Origin: an uncultured virus (IMG/VR IMGVR_UViG_3300002068_000001)
Lineage: Duplodnaviria; Heunggongvirae; Uroviricota; Caudoviricetes; Crassvirales
DNA length: 30,330 nt
Direction: 5' to 3' (one strand)
IMG/VR virus record: IMGVR_UViG_3300002068_000001
The notes beneath the pieces were generated by a model. That model was given only the letters and a program-made list of their open reading frames with translations, was not told where the DNA came from and made no database searches. This document shows, in pieces, positions 9,717 to 18,298 of this stretch. Made by a program: the position numbers and the translations under genes. The first letter of the stretch is position 1; every line of letters begins with the position of its first letter.

Positions 9717-9748
9717 CAAAGGTAAGAAAACATATTGTGAATAACAAT
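9717..9748 (-). promoter_or_regulatory. Bacteroidota housekeeping-sigma promoter upstream of homing endonuclease
   Basis: Minus strand ATTG-N20-TACCTTTG matches the -33 (T)TTG / -7 TAnnTTTG consensus, 23 nt upstream of the HEG ATG. Confidence 0.65.
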
Positions 9749-9788
9749 AGGTTAATTGGTTTATTTAATTTTAATAAATTTTTTATTT

Positions 9789-10658
9789 ATCTCTTCCTGG
9801 CAGTTTCGATTCTGCCAAGCCATCGAGAGTTGGTTTGATTTTATTCAATTTGAAATTATCAATACCTTCTTGTGCAGCACTTTGTTGGTGCACTAATACA
9901 GGAATTTGATTATACCTATTCCTTAACATTATATAATACTCAGATGATAATTTGTCAATAGCCTGTTTTACATTGTTGTTGCCTTCTGGAGACAACAAAC
10001 TAGCATGATCGGTTATACAAATTACATATTCATCGGGATCATTTGGCACATAATAGTCAAAAACACTATGTTGTGTGATTTCTCCAGTATGATTATCTGT
10101 AATATTAATAAGTTTTCTCTGAGATACACCATGTGAATCTGCATAATCCTTCATGTGTTTAAAAATACCAAAAGGATTACGAATATCTTCAATTATTTCT
10201 ACTGTTTCTTCAAAAAAATCAAAATAAGTTTGATATTCTTCAGTATCCATTAATTTTAATATCTCTTCAGATAGAGGCCTCTCTTTAGATGTACTTTTTA
10301 AATCTTTAGGAGTGATTCTAATTTTTCCTTTAGAGGTTATGAATAAAAGATGGCAAATAAATTGATTATATTTTTCTTCAAAAGACATTTCTAAAGAGAA
10401 ATATTTTATTTTTATTCTTAATTCTTCCCTATGATTGAATGCATAGAAAAAAGGAGAATACATAAACATTTTATCTGTTAACTGTGTCTTACCAATTTTG
10501 CTATTTGCTGTAACAATATAATATTTACCTTGTTCAATTCCTGGAAGTTCTTCTTCAAATCTGGGAAATCCAAAAGGCACACAATTAACTAAACCACTTT
10601 CTATTCGTTCTTTTCTTACTATTAAATTATTTCTAATTCTTTTAAATGATTCTGTCAT
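9789..10658 (-). CDS. dnaB: Replicative DnaB-type helicase, exon 1 (290 aa)
   Basis: Walker A ANSKIGKT, YFSLEMS, Walker B CITDH, VLVHQQ, DGLAESKLPGRD; spliced product 385 aa. Confidence 0.9.
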
Positions 10659-10660
10659 TC

Positions 10661-11272
10661 TTATTTGAGAGTTACTGTCCAGTCACCATTGGCGGGTTTA
10701 ACCTCATCTTCACTGTAGTTTTCAATATAAGATAATAAGGCTGATTCTTGTGAACCATCTGTCTTATCCTTCCATATGAAGTACTTCAGAAGCTGCATAT
10801 AAGGGCTGTTAGAGTCTTGAAATGATTCTACATAGTTCTTAGTTGCTTCTAACATTTGTTCATTAGAAACGTCTCCATATCGCTTAAAGAAGATTTGAAG
10901 CTTCCTTATAATTTCAGGGGTATTCCCTCTCCAGTAGTAATTAGTTGTTTCTTTCTTTCCTTTTGGGAAGAGTTCTTGCATTTGTTTTGCAAGTTCTAAT
11001 AGATTATCTACTGGAGCTACAGTTTTATCTGAATCTAGTAATATATTTCTTATCATATCTGAACCCATATCCATAAGAGCAAAGCCATTTGATTCAAGTT
11101 TTTGTGTATCAAAATTGAATTTATACCTTTCTCTCAATAAACCCTTGGCTGCAAGGGCTTTCCTATCTACATTATGTGTGTCTACTTTTAAATATATTGG
11201 TAATAGTACAAGGAACTCAGCTAATGTAAGTTCATTTTGTTCTATTAAGACATCATTAATGGATAAGGTCAT
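10661..11272 (-). CDS. Hypothetical replication-module protein (possible initiator/helicase-associated)
   Basis: Likely start ATG 11270-11272 (MTLSIND) just after the upstream stop; directly upstream of dnaB. Function is positional inference. Confidence 0.6.
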   Translation of the reverse strand: MTLSINDVLIEQNELTLAEFLVLLPIYLKVDTHNVDRKALAAKGLLRERYKFNFDTQKLESNGFALMDMGSDMIRNILLDSDKTVAPVDNLLELAKQMQELFPKGKKETTNYYWRGNTPEIIRKLQIFFKRYGDVSNEQMLEATKNYVESFQDSNSPYMQLLKYFIWKDKTDGSQESALLSYIENYSEDEVKPANGDWTVTLK

Positions 11273-11273
11273 A

Positions 11274-11585
11274 TTAGTCTTTAGATATGTATTTTTCTTC
11301 AGTTTGTGGTGAGGAAAGTAATAAAAATAGTTTTGCAGCGATTTTAATTCTTTCTTTTTTGGGTCGAGTAGAAATATCTCCAATAAATTTAATCTTAGCA
11401 GGTGGAGACAATTCTTCATCGTTGAGTGCAGCAATTTGTACTACTGCTTGAAGTTTTTCTTCAGCAGAGTTAGAGTTATAACCATTTGCAATCACAGTTG
11501 CTACCTTATCTCCCAATTTTACAATTGCGTAAGGCTTAATATAATCAGTTCTTTCAACATCACCAGGATTTCTATCCATAATCAT
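11274..11585 (-). CDS. Hypothetical protein
   Basis: 103-aa ORF packed between neighbours. Confidence 0.7.
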   Translation of the reverse strand: MIMDRNPGDVERTDYIKPYAIVKLGDKVATVIANGYNSNSAEEKLQAVVQIAALNDEELSPPAKIKFIGDISTRPKKERIKIAAKLFLLLSSPQTEEKYISKD

Positions 11586-11591
11586 CAGTTT

Positions 11592-12809
11592 TTATATTGT
11601 TAATTTATCAATGTTGTCTACGGTGCGAATATGTTCTATACTTATCTCTTTTAGTACATTATCAAGATAGTCTTCGTCTCTTGTATTCTTGAAGTATAAG
11701 ATTATAATTATAGGTTCTTCTGAACGCATAATTCTACCACTTTTTTGAATAAAAGGACCAACTTGTCCATCTAATTGCACTACTACTCCAATTTCAATTT
11801 TAGTAAGATTGTTACCTTCTTGTATCATATCTACTACAAACAGATTACTAATTTCTTCTTCATTAAAGGAGTCAATTATTTCTTGACTATTCTTTACTTC
11901 TGAACAAATTAAATTCTTATCTGCTGATAAGATTCTTGCTTGTTTGATACTACCACAAAAACATACAAATCGTTTGTCTTGTAATTTAAGTAATATTTGT
12001 TGAACATAAGATGTTTTTATATCCGCTAAATATCTTTTACGCTCACTTCCAGAAAGCAACCATTTATTTTTATCCATTATATTCCTATTTACAAAATATC
12101 TATTTTTGTAATAAGAGTATTGTTGGGTTAAATATTGTTCTTTTTGAAATTGAGTGCACCTTATAACTAGGTGTAAATGAGGATATTGGGCTTTATCAGA
12201 CATATATTTGAATCTATCCTTGAATTCACAATATACTTTTGTTCGTCTCTTCTCTAATCCTCTAGTGAATTCAATATATTCAGATTGAACATTATTTAAT
12301 TCTAGTGGAATGAGGTAAAATGTGGGTTGTGGTACTACGTCATTTTCTATAGCTTCTTTTAATGGGATTTTATATTTATAAAATTCTCCTTTGATAGATT
12401 CAATCTCATAGATTTGGCTATCTTTAATTGTAGCAGATAATAGGATTAGGTTAGTGTATCTTATAGAAGATAAATAATCTAATCGTAAATCTGAAGTAAT
12501 ATGATGTCCTTCATCAAGACAAATCATATCTACTTGAGTGTTAACATACTTTTTTAAAGAGGCATAACAAAAGAATATTACATTGTTTAGTAGATACTCT
12601 TTGTTATGCTTCTTGTATTCATCAATCCAATTCTTTTTATGATTTCTTTCAGCAATTACAATGTATACACTTTTAGGTTGAAGTGCTTCTTGTATTTGAA
12701 TAAAACTGAGTGTTTTACCTGTTCCAGTTACATGTTTGAGAAGAAGATTAGGATATAACTTAGCTAATTCTACAGAGGTGTTTTGTATAATAGTTTTAGT
12801 TAATTTTAT
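11592..12809 (-). CDS. Superfamily 2 DExH helicase
   Basis: Track ORF starts at motif II (LDEGH), but the frame is open upstream and includes Walker A TGTGKT (12711-12728); LSAT, EG.N, QKSGRIMR. No ATG/GTG/TTG upstream of Walker A; start placed tentatively at ATA 12807-12809. Confidence 0.8.
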   Translation of the reverse strand: MKLTKTIIQNTSVELAKLYPNLLLKHVTGTGKTLSFIQIQEALQPKSVYIVIAERNHKKNWIDEYKKHNKEYLLNNVIFFCYASLKKYVNTQVDMICLDEGHHITSDLRLDYLSSIRYTNLILLSATIKDSQIYEIESIKGEFYKYKIPLKEAIENDVVPQPTFYLIPLELNNVQSEYIEFTRGLEKRRTKVYCEFKDRFKYMSDKAQYPHLHLVIRCTQFQKEQYLTQQYSYYKNRYFVNRNIMDKNKWLLSGSERKRYLADIKTSYVQQILLKLQDKRFVCFCGSIKQARILSADKNLICSEVKNSQEIIDSFNEEEISNLFVVDMIQEGNNLTKIEIGVVVQLDGQVGPFIQKSGRIMRSEEPIIIILYFKNTRDEDYLDNVLKEISIEHIRTVDNIDKLTI

Positions 12810-13003
12810 TTGCGGGAATTTTTGAATTGAGTTAATTGTTGCTTGAGTTTTTGTTCAAACTTTAATAAATTAATCTCATCTGTGTTTAAAACTGGTTCTG
12901 CTGCAACAGTTGACCTGATTGCTAACATAACTACTTTAGTAGNTTTAGTACTATATGATAACTTATAATGCGTTATCCGACATCTTCTTCTTCCAAGTTC
13001 CAT
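12806..13003 (-). CDS. Small hypothetical protein
   Basis: 65-aa ORF filling the gap; contains an ambiguous base (n, 12943). Confidence 0.5.
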   Translation of the reverse strand: MELGRRRCRITHYKLSYSTKXTKVVMLAIRSTVAAEPVLNTDEINLLKFEQKLKQQLTQFKNSRK

Positions 13004-13398
13004 TCATTCAATTGTTTAAGTGTGATTGTTAAACTACTTTCAGGATCAATATCATAATAATTATCTACAGCTTCAACACAACTATTGAATACGACTTCAC
13101 GTAATTCAGTAACAGTAATGTCTTTTCTGCACATATTCCAAATACCTGGTTCTAGATCTGCATCACTACTAATCATACAAGCACCTTCATCAATATTTAC
13201 ATGATAACCCACTCCTTGTAGATAGCAAATAACTACAAATAACCAATCAAAAGATTTATCAAACCTTAAAAATGGAACTTTATCTACTTCTGTATAGATA
13301 TCTTTACATATTAAGCCCTCTTGTTCAAGGACTTTAACACCTAAGAATCTACCTAGTTTAAGATTTCCTTCATCAATCTTCTTCGATGGTACATACAT
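12973..13398 (-). CDS. Hypothetical protein, paralog family B
   Basis: GNLKLGRFLG...FDKSFDWLFVVI...VFNSCVEAV; similar to 13373..13807 and 17864..18298. Confidence 0.7.
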   Translation of the reverse strand: MYVPSKKIDEGNLKLGRFLGVKVLEQEGLICKDIYTEVDKVPFLRFDKSFDWLFVVICYLQGVGYHVNIDEGACMISSDADLEPGIWNMCRKDITVTELREVVFNSCVEAVDNYYDIDPESSLTITLKQLNEWNLEEEDVG

Positions 13399-13807
13399 GT
13401 TTTAATAGATTATCATTATAATAAATAATAAATTCAGCACAGGAATTCCACATAGACTGTAGCTTAGTGGAGAACCAAAAAGTTGAAACAACGGTTTTAC
13501 CTTCTTTATAGAATTGTAATCTGTATCCTTGACGAGGCACATAAGACAATTCTGAACCGTATCCTTGTTCTTCAATAAATTCAATCATAAGAATAAGCCA
13601 AGCAATATCATAACAAAATTGCATTTCTTTTTTGTTGTAATATGCTAATTCTTCTCCTGTAGATGTTTCAATATTTCTAGCACTAATAGGAGCATAATAT
13701 GTACAATCATATGAATCTCCTGTAATACCACAAACATTTTTACCTATCCACTCAATTTGAAGGAATTCAACGAAGAGGTCAGTGGCTTTTTCTTTAGATA
13801 TATCCAT
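13373..13807 (-). CDS. Hypothetical protein, paralog family B
   Basis: FCYDIAWLILMIEFIE...MWNSCAEFIIYYN. Confidence 0.7.
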   Translation of the reverse strand: MDISKEKATDLFVEFLQIEWIGKNVCGITGDSYDCTYYAPISARNIETSTGEELAYYNKKEMQFCYDIAWLILMIEFIEEQGYGSELSYVPRQGYRLQFYKEGKTVVSTFWFSTKLQSMWNSCAEFIIYYNDNLLKHVCTIEED

Positions 13808-14733
13808 TAGCGTCTCCTTTGTGGGTTAGCACCTTCAGCAGCTTGTCTTAGTTGATTTGCTAAGAGTTGTTCACGTTCTCTATTAGCTTGGATTTGTTCT
13901 TGAATACGACGATTTACAGCGGCACGTTCTTCTGCAGTCATGACAGGTCTGGGTGCATTACGAAGTCTTGCATTCTCTCTTAGACGTTCTTCTAAATCTT
14001 CATTACCTCGTTGAAAAGGTTGAGCATGCCACATATGATCTGCTTCAAACACCAGACGATTACCAGCTATATCAAATCTAACATCTCCTACATGAGGTGC
14101 TTGAACTCGTTGATCTAATGGATCTTCTTCTTGATGTACTTCACCATCAAAAGGATTTGGTGCTCTAACAATACGTCTTCCAAGATCATCAACTTGACCA
14201 ATTTGACCAAAATGAATTTGTTCTCTCATACCAACACCATTAGCTTGAGCAATGTTATTAACATTTACTGCTTGAACTTGTTGAACTTGAGGTGGTTGAA
14301 TATGCCATTCAAAATTATTGTTATTTTGTTCCATAGCAATTCTTAACTCTTCGGCTTCTTCTTCATTCAATTCATTTGGATCTTGAGGTTCTGGTTCTCC
14401 TCTCATTTGTCTATCTAATTCAACCCAATTCATAGGCTTGTACTCGTATTTATGAGGGCTGCCATCAAGAGGTGATGCTTTACGTTTTTGAGCTAATTCA
14501 AATAATTCGGGATTAGTCCAAATAGTACCTGCAAATCCACAAGGATTATCAATAGATATGAATTTGTAGTAACCTGGTATATCTTCTTCTCCAAGATGTA
14601 AGTCTAAAGCAGTAGCTACATCTTTACAACGAAACAGTTGTTGTGTAACTAATTCACGAAGAGTGTCCCCAATTTCAAAACCAGGATACTCATATTTTTC
14701 CCAATCTACTTTGTCAAATTTAAATTCAATCAT
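13807..14733 (-). CDS. Hypothetical protein with Q/N/E/R-rich low-complexity C-terminal two thirds
   Basis: 308-aa ORF; QPPQVQQVQ, EQNNNN and a coiled-coil-like tail. Confidence 0.75.
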   Translation of the reverse strand: MIEFKFDKVDWEKYEYPGFEIGDTLRELVTQQLFRCKDVATALDLHLGEEDIPGYYKFISIDNPCGFAGTIWTNPELFELAQKRKASPLDGSPHKYEYKPMNWVELDRQMRGEPEPQDPNELNEEEAEELRIAMEQNNNNFEWHIQPPQVQQVQAVNVNNIAQANGVGMREQIHFGQIGQVDDLGRRIVRAPNPFDGEVHQEEDPLDQRVQAPHVGDVRFDIAGNRLVFEADHMWHAQPFQRGNEDLEERLRENARLRNAPRPVMTAEERAAVNRRIQEQIQANREREQLLANQLRQAAEGANPQRRR

Positions 14734-14752
14734 GTTTATTTTATAAAATGGG

Positions 14753-14775
14753 AAAGAAAGGGGGAATTAACCCCC
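14753..14775 (-). terminator. Putative intrinsic terminator
   Basis: Minus strand GGGGG-TTAATT-CCCCC-TTTCTTT right after the stop of 14781..15155. Confidence 0.6.
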
Positions 14776-14780
14776 AATCT

Positions 14781-15155
14781 TTACACTGGTTGATAAGTGG
14801 CTCTTACAGGAAGTGAATTACCCAATGCATATTGGATTCCTTCTGGTAAGAGAATGTTTAGTTTCTGATGTACTCCAAAATGAAGTGTTCCTTCAGAAAC
14901 GGCTTGTGCACAAGTGATAAAATTAGTCAATGTGACTTCTTTCAAAGGTACTTGGGCAACGAAATCACCTTTTACAAGGCGTGTGGTAGCAATATCCCTA
15001 CCGGCTTTACGAGTGAAATGGTCTTTTTTACTGCAACAGGATACTGAGAGATTCAAAACATTGTTGTCTACTGTTCCTACAACTGTAACACGTCTACTTT
15101 TAGCGTTTTCGCCTTTGGTGTGAAATACATAAGGAATGAAATCTGCTTTACTCAT
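14781..15155 (-). CDS. Hypothetical phage protein
   Basis: RRVTVVG...SCCSKKDHFTRKAGRDIA..RL pattern recalls a common small phage protein family. Confidence 0.7.
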   Translation of the reverse strand: MSKADFIPYVFHTKGENAKSRRVTVVGTVDNNVLNLSVSCCSKKDHFTRKAGRDIATTRLVKGDFVAQVPLKEVTLTNFITCAQAVSEGTLHFGVHQKLNILLPEGIQYALGNSLPVRATYQPV

Positions 15156-15180
15156 TTTGTTTAAGAGTTAAAAGGGTTAA

Positions 15181-15585
15181 TTAAAAAGGTAATTCATTGT
15201 CAAAGCCATCTGCTACAAGTGCATCATAGCCTATTTTGGGTTGAACTGAATCATAGAAGTGTTCATATCTTTGAAATATTATTTTCATAGATTCTTGACC
15301 ACGCCTATCATCAGATTGAAAAGCATATTTAGGAAGAGGTAGTGTATAGTTCATGCAATATCTTACTAAGAATCGTGCACAATCAAATCCAGTTTTATCC
15401 TCTCCTAAATCATAATCAAAGCATATGCCTTCTGGGAGTCCATTAGCAATAATGTTTTGTTCAAATTCAGCATAAGTATGAAGCCAAGTAATTATGACTC
15501 CTTGTGTACCTATAGGGCTAAATAAGCTTGCTAAATTATCTTCAAAAGGACTTAAAGCATTATCTAACCACAATAGTGATTTCAT
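15181..15585 (-). CDS. Cyclic-phosphate-processing receiver-domain-like protein (divergent)
   Basis: LWLDN..SP, TYAEF...I...GLPEGICFDYDLGEDKTGFDCARFLVRYC.....LP matches the family pattern. Confidence 0.7.
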   Translation of the reverse strand: MKSLLWLDNALSPFEDNLASLFSPIGTQGVIITWLHTYAEFEQNIIANGLPEGICFDYDLGEDKTGFDCARFLVRYCMNYTLPLPKYAFQSDDRRGQESMKIIFQRYEHFYDSVQPKIGYDALVADGFDNELPF

Positions 15586-16019
15586 TACTTACAAATGTTT
15601 TTAACATCAAGTTGAACTAATATAAGAACCATGTGTGAACCATTAGTACTTTCGTAAGGCATTTGATGAATTGCTAAGGCCCAAGGGCTAATATTCTTAA
15701 TAAATTGCTCTACTTGACCAGCATTAAGGTCAAATAAACCTTGTTTCTTCATACTAGCAGCTTCAAGGGTACTTCTAAGAATCAATCTTACTGATTCGGG
15801 GTCATCACCTGTACTGTTTAAATGGTATCCATATGCAATACAAAAGGTTTGACAATTGCCAAAAGGATTTTGATATACATCAATTGTTCCTTCTACACGA
15901 GTGTCTTCACTATCTTCATCGTCATCAATTTGTTGATTGATTTCAGGATCTGCAAATGTTAATTGTTTAACAGTAACACGCAAATTATAATCTTTTACTA
16001 TAGTTATTTCCAAAGCCAT
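15585..16019 (-). CDS. Hypothetical protein, NCQ paralog family A
   Basis: NPFGNCQTFCIA, KKQGLFDLN, PYESTNGSHM. Confidence 0.78.
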   Translation of the reverse strand: MALEITIVKDYNLRVTVKQLTFADPEINQQIDDDEDSEDTRVEGTIDVYQNPFGNCQTFCIAYGYHLNSTGDDPESVRLILRSTLEAASMKKQGLFDLNAGQVEQFIKNISPWALAIHQMPYESTNGSHMVLILVQLDVKNICK

Positions 16020-16025
16020 CTATTT

Positions 16026-16421
16026 TTATTTAATTATTTTATCTAAATCAAATTCAACCATTACTGTATTCATTTCACTTGAATTGGTACTAAGATATGG
16101 TTGATTATACACTACACGTTTAGTAAATGGAGCCAATTTTACAAGTATTCCGTTTACATGATTTCGATTAATGTCTAATAAGCATAACTTTTTCATAGTA
16201 GCAATACTAATTGCACTTGCTAAAAGAGCTTTAACTTCTTCTTCTTTAACATTAGATATTGTAAGATGATTGATAGCTCCTATTGTAAACAGTTGACAAT
16301 TGTTAAAAGGATTACTATTTACAAGTAAATATGTAAGAGGTCCTGTTGTTCCTCTATATAAATCCAATTGTTTAAAAGCTTTTTCTACAACTTTTATTTC
16401 ATAATTCTTTTCTTCAGCCAT
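16026..16421 (-). CDS. Hypothetical protein, NCQ paralog family A
   Basis: NPFNNCQLFTIG, KKLCLLDIN, PYLSTNSSEM. Confidence 0.78.
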   Translation of the reverse strand: MAEEKNYEIKVVEKAFKQLDLYRGTTGPLTYLLVNSNPFNNCQLFTIGAINHLTISNVKEEEVKALLASAISIATMKKLCLLDINRNHVNGILVKLAPFTKRVVYNQPYLSTNSSEMNTVMVEFDLDKIIK

Positions 16422-16422
16422 A

Positions 16423-16809
16423 TTATTTAAGTTTTTCTGGATCTATTTGAGACACAACAACACACATGTTAGAACTGTTACTGCTTTTATAATGACTTAC
16501 TTTGATGTATTTCATAAATGGACCGTATTGTTCTTTAAACATTTTTAAATATTGTTTATTAATATCTATTAACATCATTCTCTTTAATGTGACTTTATCT
16601 CTAATGAAATTGAGCAATTGTTTAGTATCTTCTTGAGAGTAACCAATCATTGCATTAGCAGAAGCAATTGAAAATAATTGACAATTATTAGTTGCATTCT
16701 GATCTAAATAAATAGTGCCTGTATAGGGTAAAAATACGTGTGAGTAGGTGTCTACTACAGGAAAAGTTATACAGTCCTTATTATTACTTACTGAGCGAGT
16801 TATATCCAT
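16423..16809 (-). CDS. Hypothetical protein, NCQ paralog family A
   Basis: NATNNCQLFSIA, KRMMLIDIN, HYKSSNSSNM. Confidence 0.78.
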   Translation of the reverse strand: MDITRSVSNNKDCITFPVVDTYSHVFLPYTGTIYLDQNATNNCQLFSIASANAMIGYSQEDTKQLLNFIRDKVTLKRMMLIDINKQYLKMFKEQYGPFMKYIKVSHYKSSNSSNMCVVVSQIDPEKLK

Positions 16810-16817
16810 ATTTCTTT

Positions 16818-17096
16818 TTAAATTGGGGTTCCTATAAATGGTTCTTCTTCTATCTCTTCGTTGATGATTACTGTATCATCTTCTGGATAAGTAGGTTTCT
16901 TATGAGCAACTAAAGCTGCTTTTGGTTCTAAAATGGGACTTTCGTCTTCTAAAACAGTAATAATAGGTTCGGTTGCTTTTACTAATATAGCTAGTCCTAT
17001 AAGTATAGTACCAACTATTACAAAAGAAAACCATCCTAAAAATGAACCTAATGAACTCAGAGATTGGTCCACAGGAATTGAATTGGGGTCTATCAT
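16818..17096 (-). CDS. Small single-pass membrane protein with acidic tail
   Basis: Hydrophobic FLGWFSFVIVGTILIGLAILV. Confidence 0.7.
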   Translation of the reverse strand: MIDPNSIPVDQSLSSLGSFLGWFSFVIVGTILIGLAILVKATEPIITVLEDESPILEPKAALVAHKKPTYPEDDTVIINEEIEEEPFIGTPI

Positions 17097-17111
17097 ATTA
17101 AAAGTGTATTA

Positions 17112-17136
17112 AAAAGGGGATGATTAGTCCCCTTTT
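17112..17136. terminator. Intrinsic terminator (possibly bidirectional)
   Basis: AAAAGGGGA-tgattag-TCCCCTTTT inverted repeat after the stop of 17143..17562. Confidence 0.7.
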
Positions 17137-17142
17137 AGTGAT

Positions 17143-17562
17143 TTATTTACTGTTTCTAGAGATTACTTTTTTGAGGAAGTAAATACGGGTATTCTTATCA
17201 TTGTTGTTTGGAAACCATTCACGGTGTGATTTAATGATTCGATTACGTGAATATGCAAATTCTCCAGCAATTGAAGCCAATTCAGCTTTTGAAAAACATT
17301 TAAGCCAATTATTAAGAATTCTATTTTTGAGTTTGATGAATTGTTTAGTTCCCATTAATGGAGTTTCTGCAAGAATTGCATTTTCCAAATACTCTTGTAC
17401 AGAAATAAGTGTCTTACTTCTACTGTCCTTGTATTTTTGAAGTACAATTTTAGCATATTTAACACTGAGTTCCTTAGTTTGAGCCACATAAGCAACTCTA
17501 AACATAAATGAAACAACACAAATCACTACTAAAATGATATAAATCCACATTGGTATAATCAT
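17143..17562 (-). CDS. Membrane-anchored hypothetical protein
   Basis: N-terminal hydrophobic helix, basic soluble domain. Confidence 0.7.
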   Translation of the reverse strand: MIIPMWIYIILVVICVVSFMFRVAYVAQTKELSVKYAKIVLQKYKDSRSKTLISVQEYLENAILAETPLMGTKQFIKLKNRILNNWLKCFSKAELASIAGEFAYSRNRIIKSHREWFPNNNDKNTRIYFLKKVISRNSK

Positions 17563-17568
17563 AATTAA

Positions 17569-17862
17569 TTAATCTAAATTGTTATAATAATCTTGGTTTC
17601 GTAAGTATTCTTCTACTATATATTCTTTAGGAGCCTCATCACCAACTTGGAAATAAAGCTCTTGTAAGACATTATATGGAAGAGAATTGAATACAGTATC
17701 AATCATTAACTGATGAGTCTGTAGAGAGTCTGAAAATACTTTATCAGAGGTTTGTTGTTCTATAGATTGTCCCATTGTAATGGAATTATCATAAGCGAAG
17801 TAACTACCAATGAGAATGACACAGATGATTCCTAAAGTAAGGAATAGATTGTGGTGTTTCAT
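17569..17862 (-). CDS. Membrane-anchored hypothetical protein
   Basis: Likely start ATG 17860-17862 (MKHHNLFLTLGIICVILIGSYF). Confidence 0.65.
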   Translation of the reverse strand: MKHHNLFLTLGIICVILIGSYFAYDNSITMGQSIEQQTSDKVFSDSLQTHQLMIDTVFNSLPYNVLQELYFQVGDEAPKEYIVEEYLRNQDYYNNLD

Positions 17863-17863
17863 A

Positions 17864-18298
17864 TTACTTTTGATTAAACCATTTGATGAATTCAACAACT
17901 GCTAAGTAAACTGCAGTTATAAGAGATTGTTCATCAGAATTTAAATCTTCAGATGTTTTAAAATTTCTTTTACCAACATTGTAATCGATTTGACACCAAG
18001 CAAATGAATCTGTACAACCAGTACCCCAATGAATATCTATAGAAGATAGATCTTGAGATGCTATTTTTTCAACAACTGGTATAAGCCAATTCCAATCTAA
18101 ATGATAATTGCAATGATTTGCAATACAACACCAAGCACTAGATTCGTATGTATAACCAATTACAGATTTTATTGAAATGGGTTTTTTACCATTTGCTTTA
18201 TATATTGAAAAATATTTAGCATCACTTTCCTGAATTACTTGCCATCCCATAAATTTAGCAATAGCAATATTATTTTTGCAAAGTTCTTGGGAGTTCAT
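17864..18298 (-). CDS. Hypothetical protein, paralog family B
   Basis: NNIAIAKFMGW...YHLDWNWLIPVVEKI...AVYLAVVEFIKWFN. Confidence 0.75.
   Translation of the reverse strand: MNSQELCKNNIAIAKFMGWQVIQESDAKYFSIYKANGKKPISIKSVIGYTYESSAWCCIANHCNYHLDWNWLIPVVEKIASQDLSSIDIHWGTGCTDSFAWCQIDYNVGKRNFKTSEDLNSDEQSLITAVYLAVVEFIKWFNQK

Larger units (their letters stand above)
8565..9788 (-). mobile_element. Group I self-splicing intron (IA2-like) in dnaB
   Basis: 5' splice after U (GAT|AAATAA); terminal G (AAATTG|GCA); IGS GTCTCTT (8786-8792) pairs with exon end AAGAGAT with the U-G wobble at the splice site; P3 TTGGG/CCCAA, P4 ACGGG/CCCGT, R element AACGACTA (~8702-8709), S element AAGATATAGTC (8629-8639), P9 hairpins CTGCAA/TTGCAG and TTAATGG/CCATTAA. 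Confidence 0.93.

Noticed and set aside
8565..9788. Intein or group II intron explanation of the dnaB insertion
   Set aside because: There is an in-frame TAA just after exon 1, no Cys/His-Asn intein ends and no GUGYG start or reverse transcriptase; group I P1/P7/terminal G are present.
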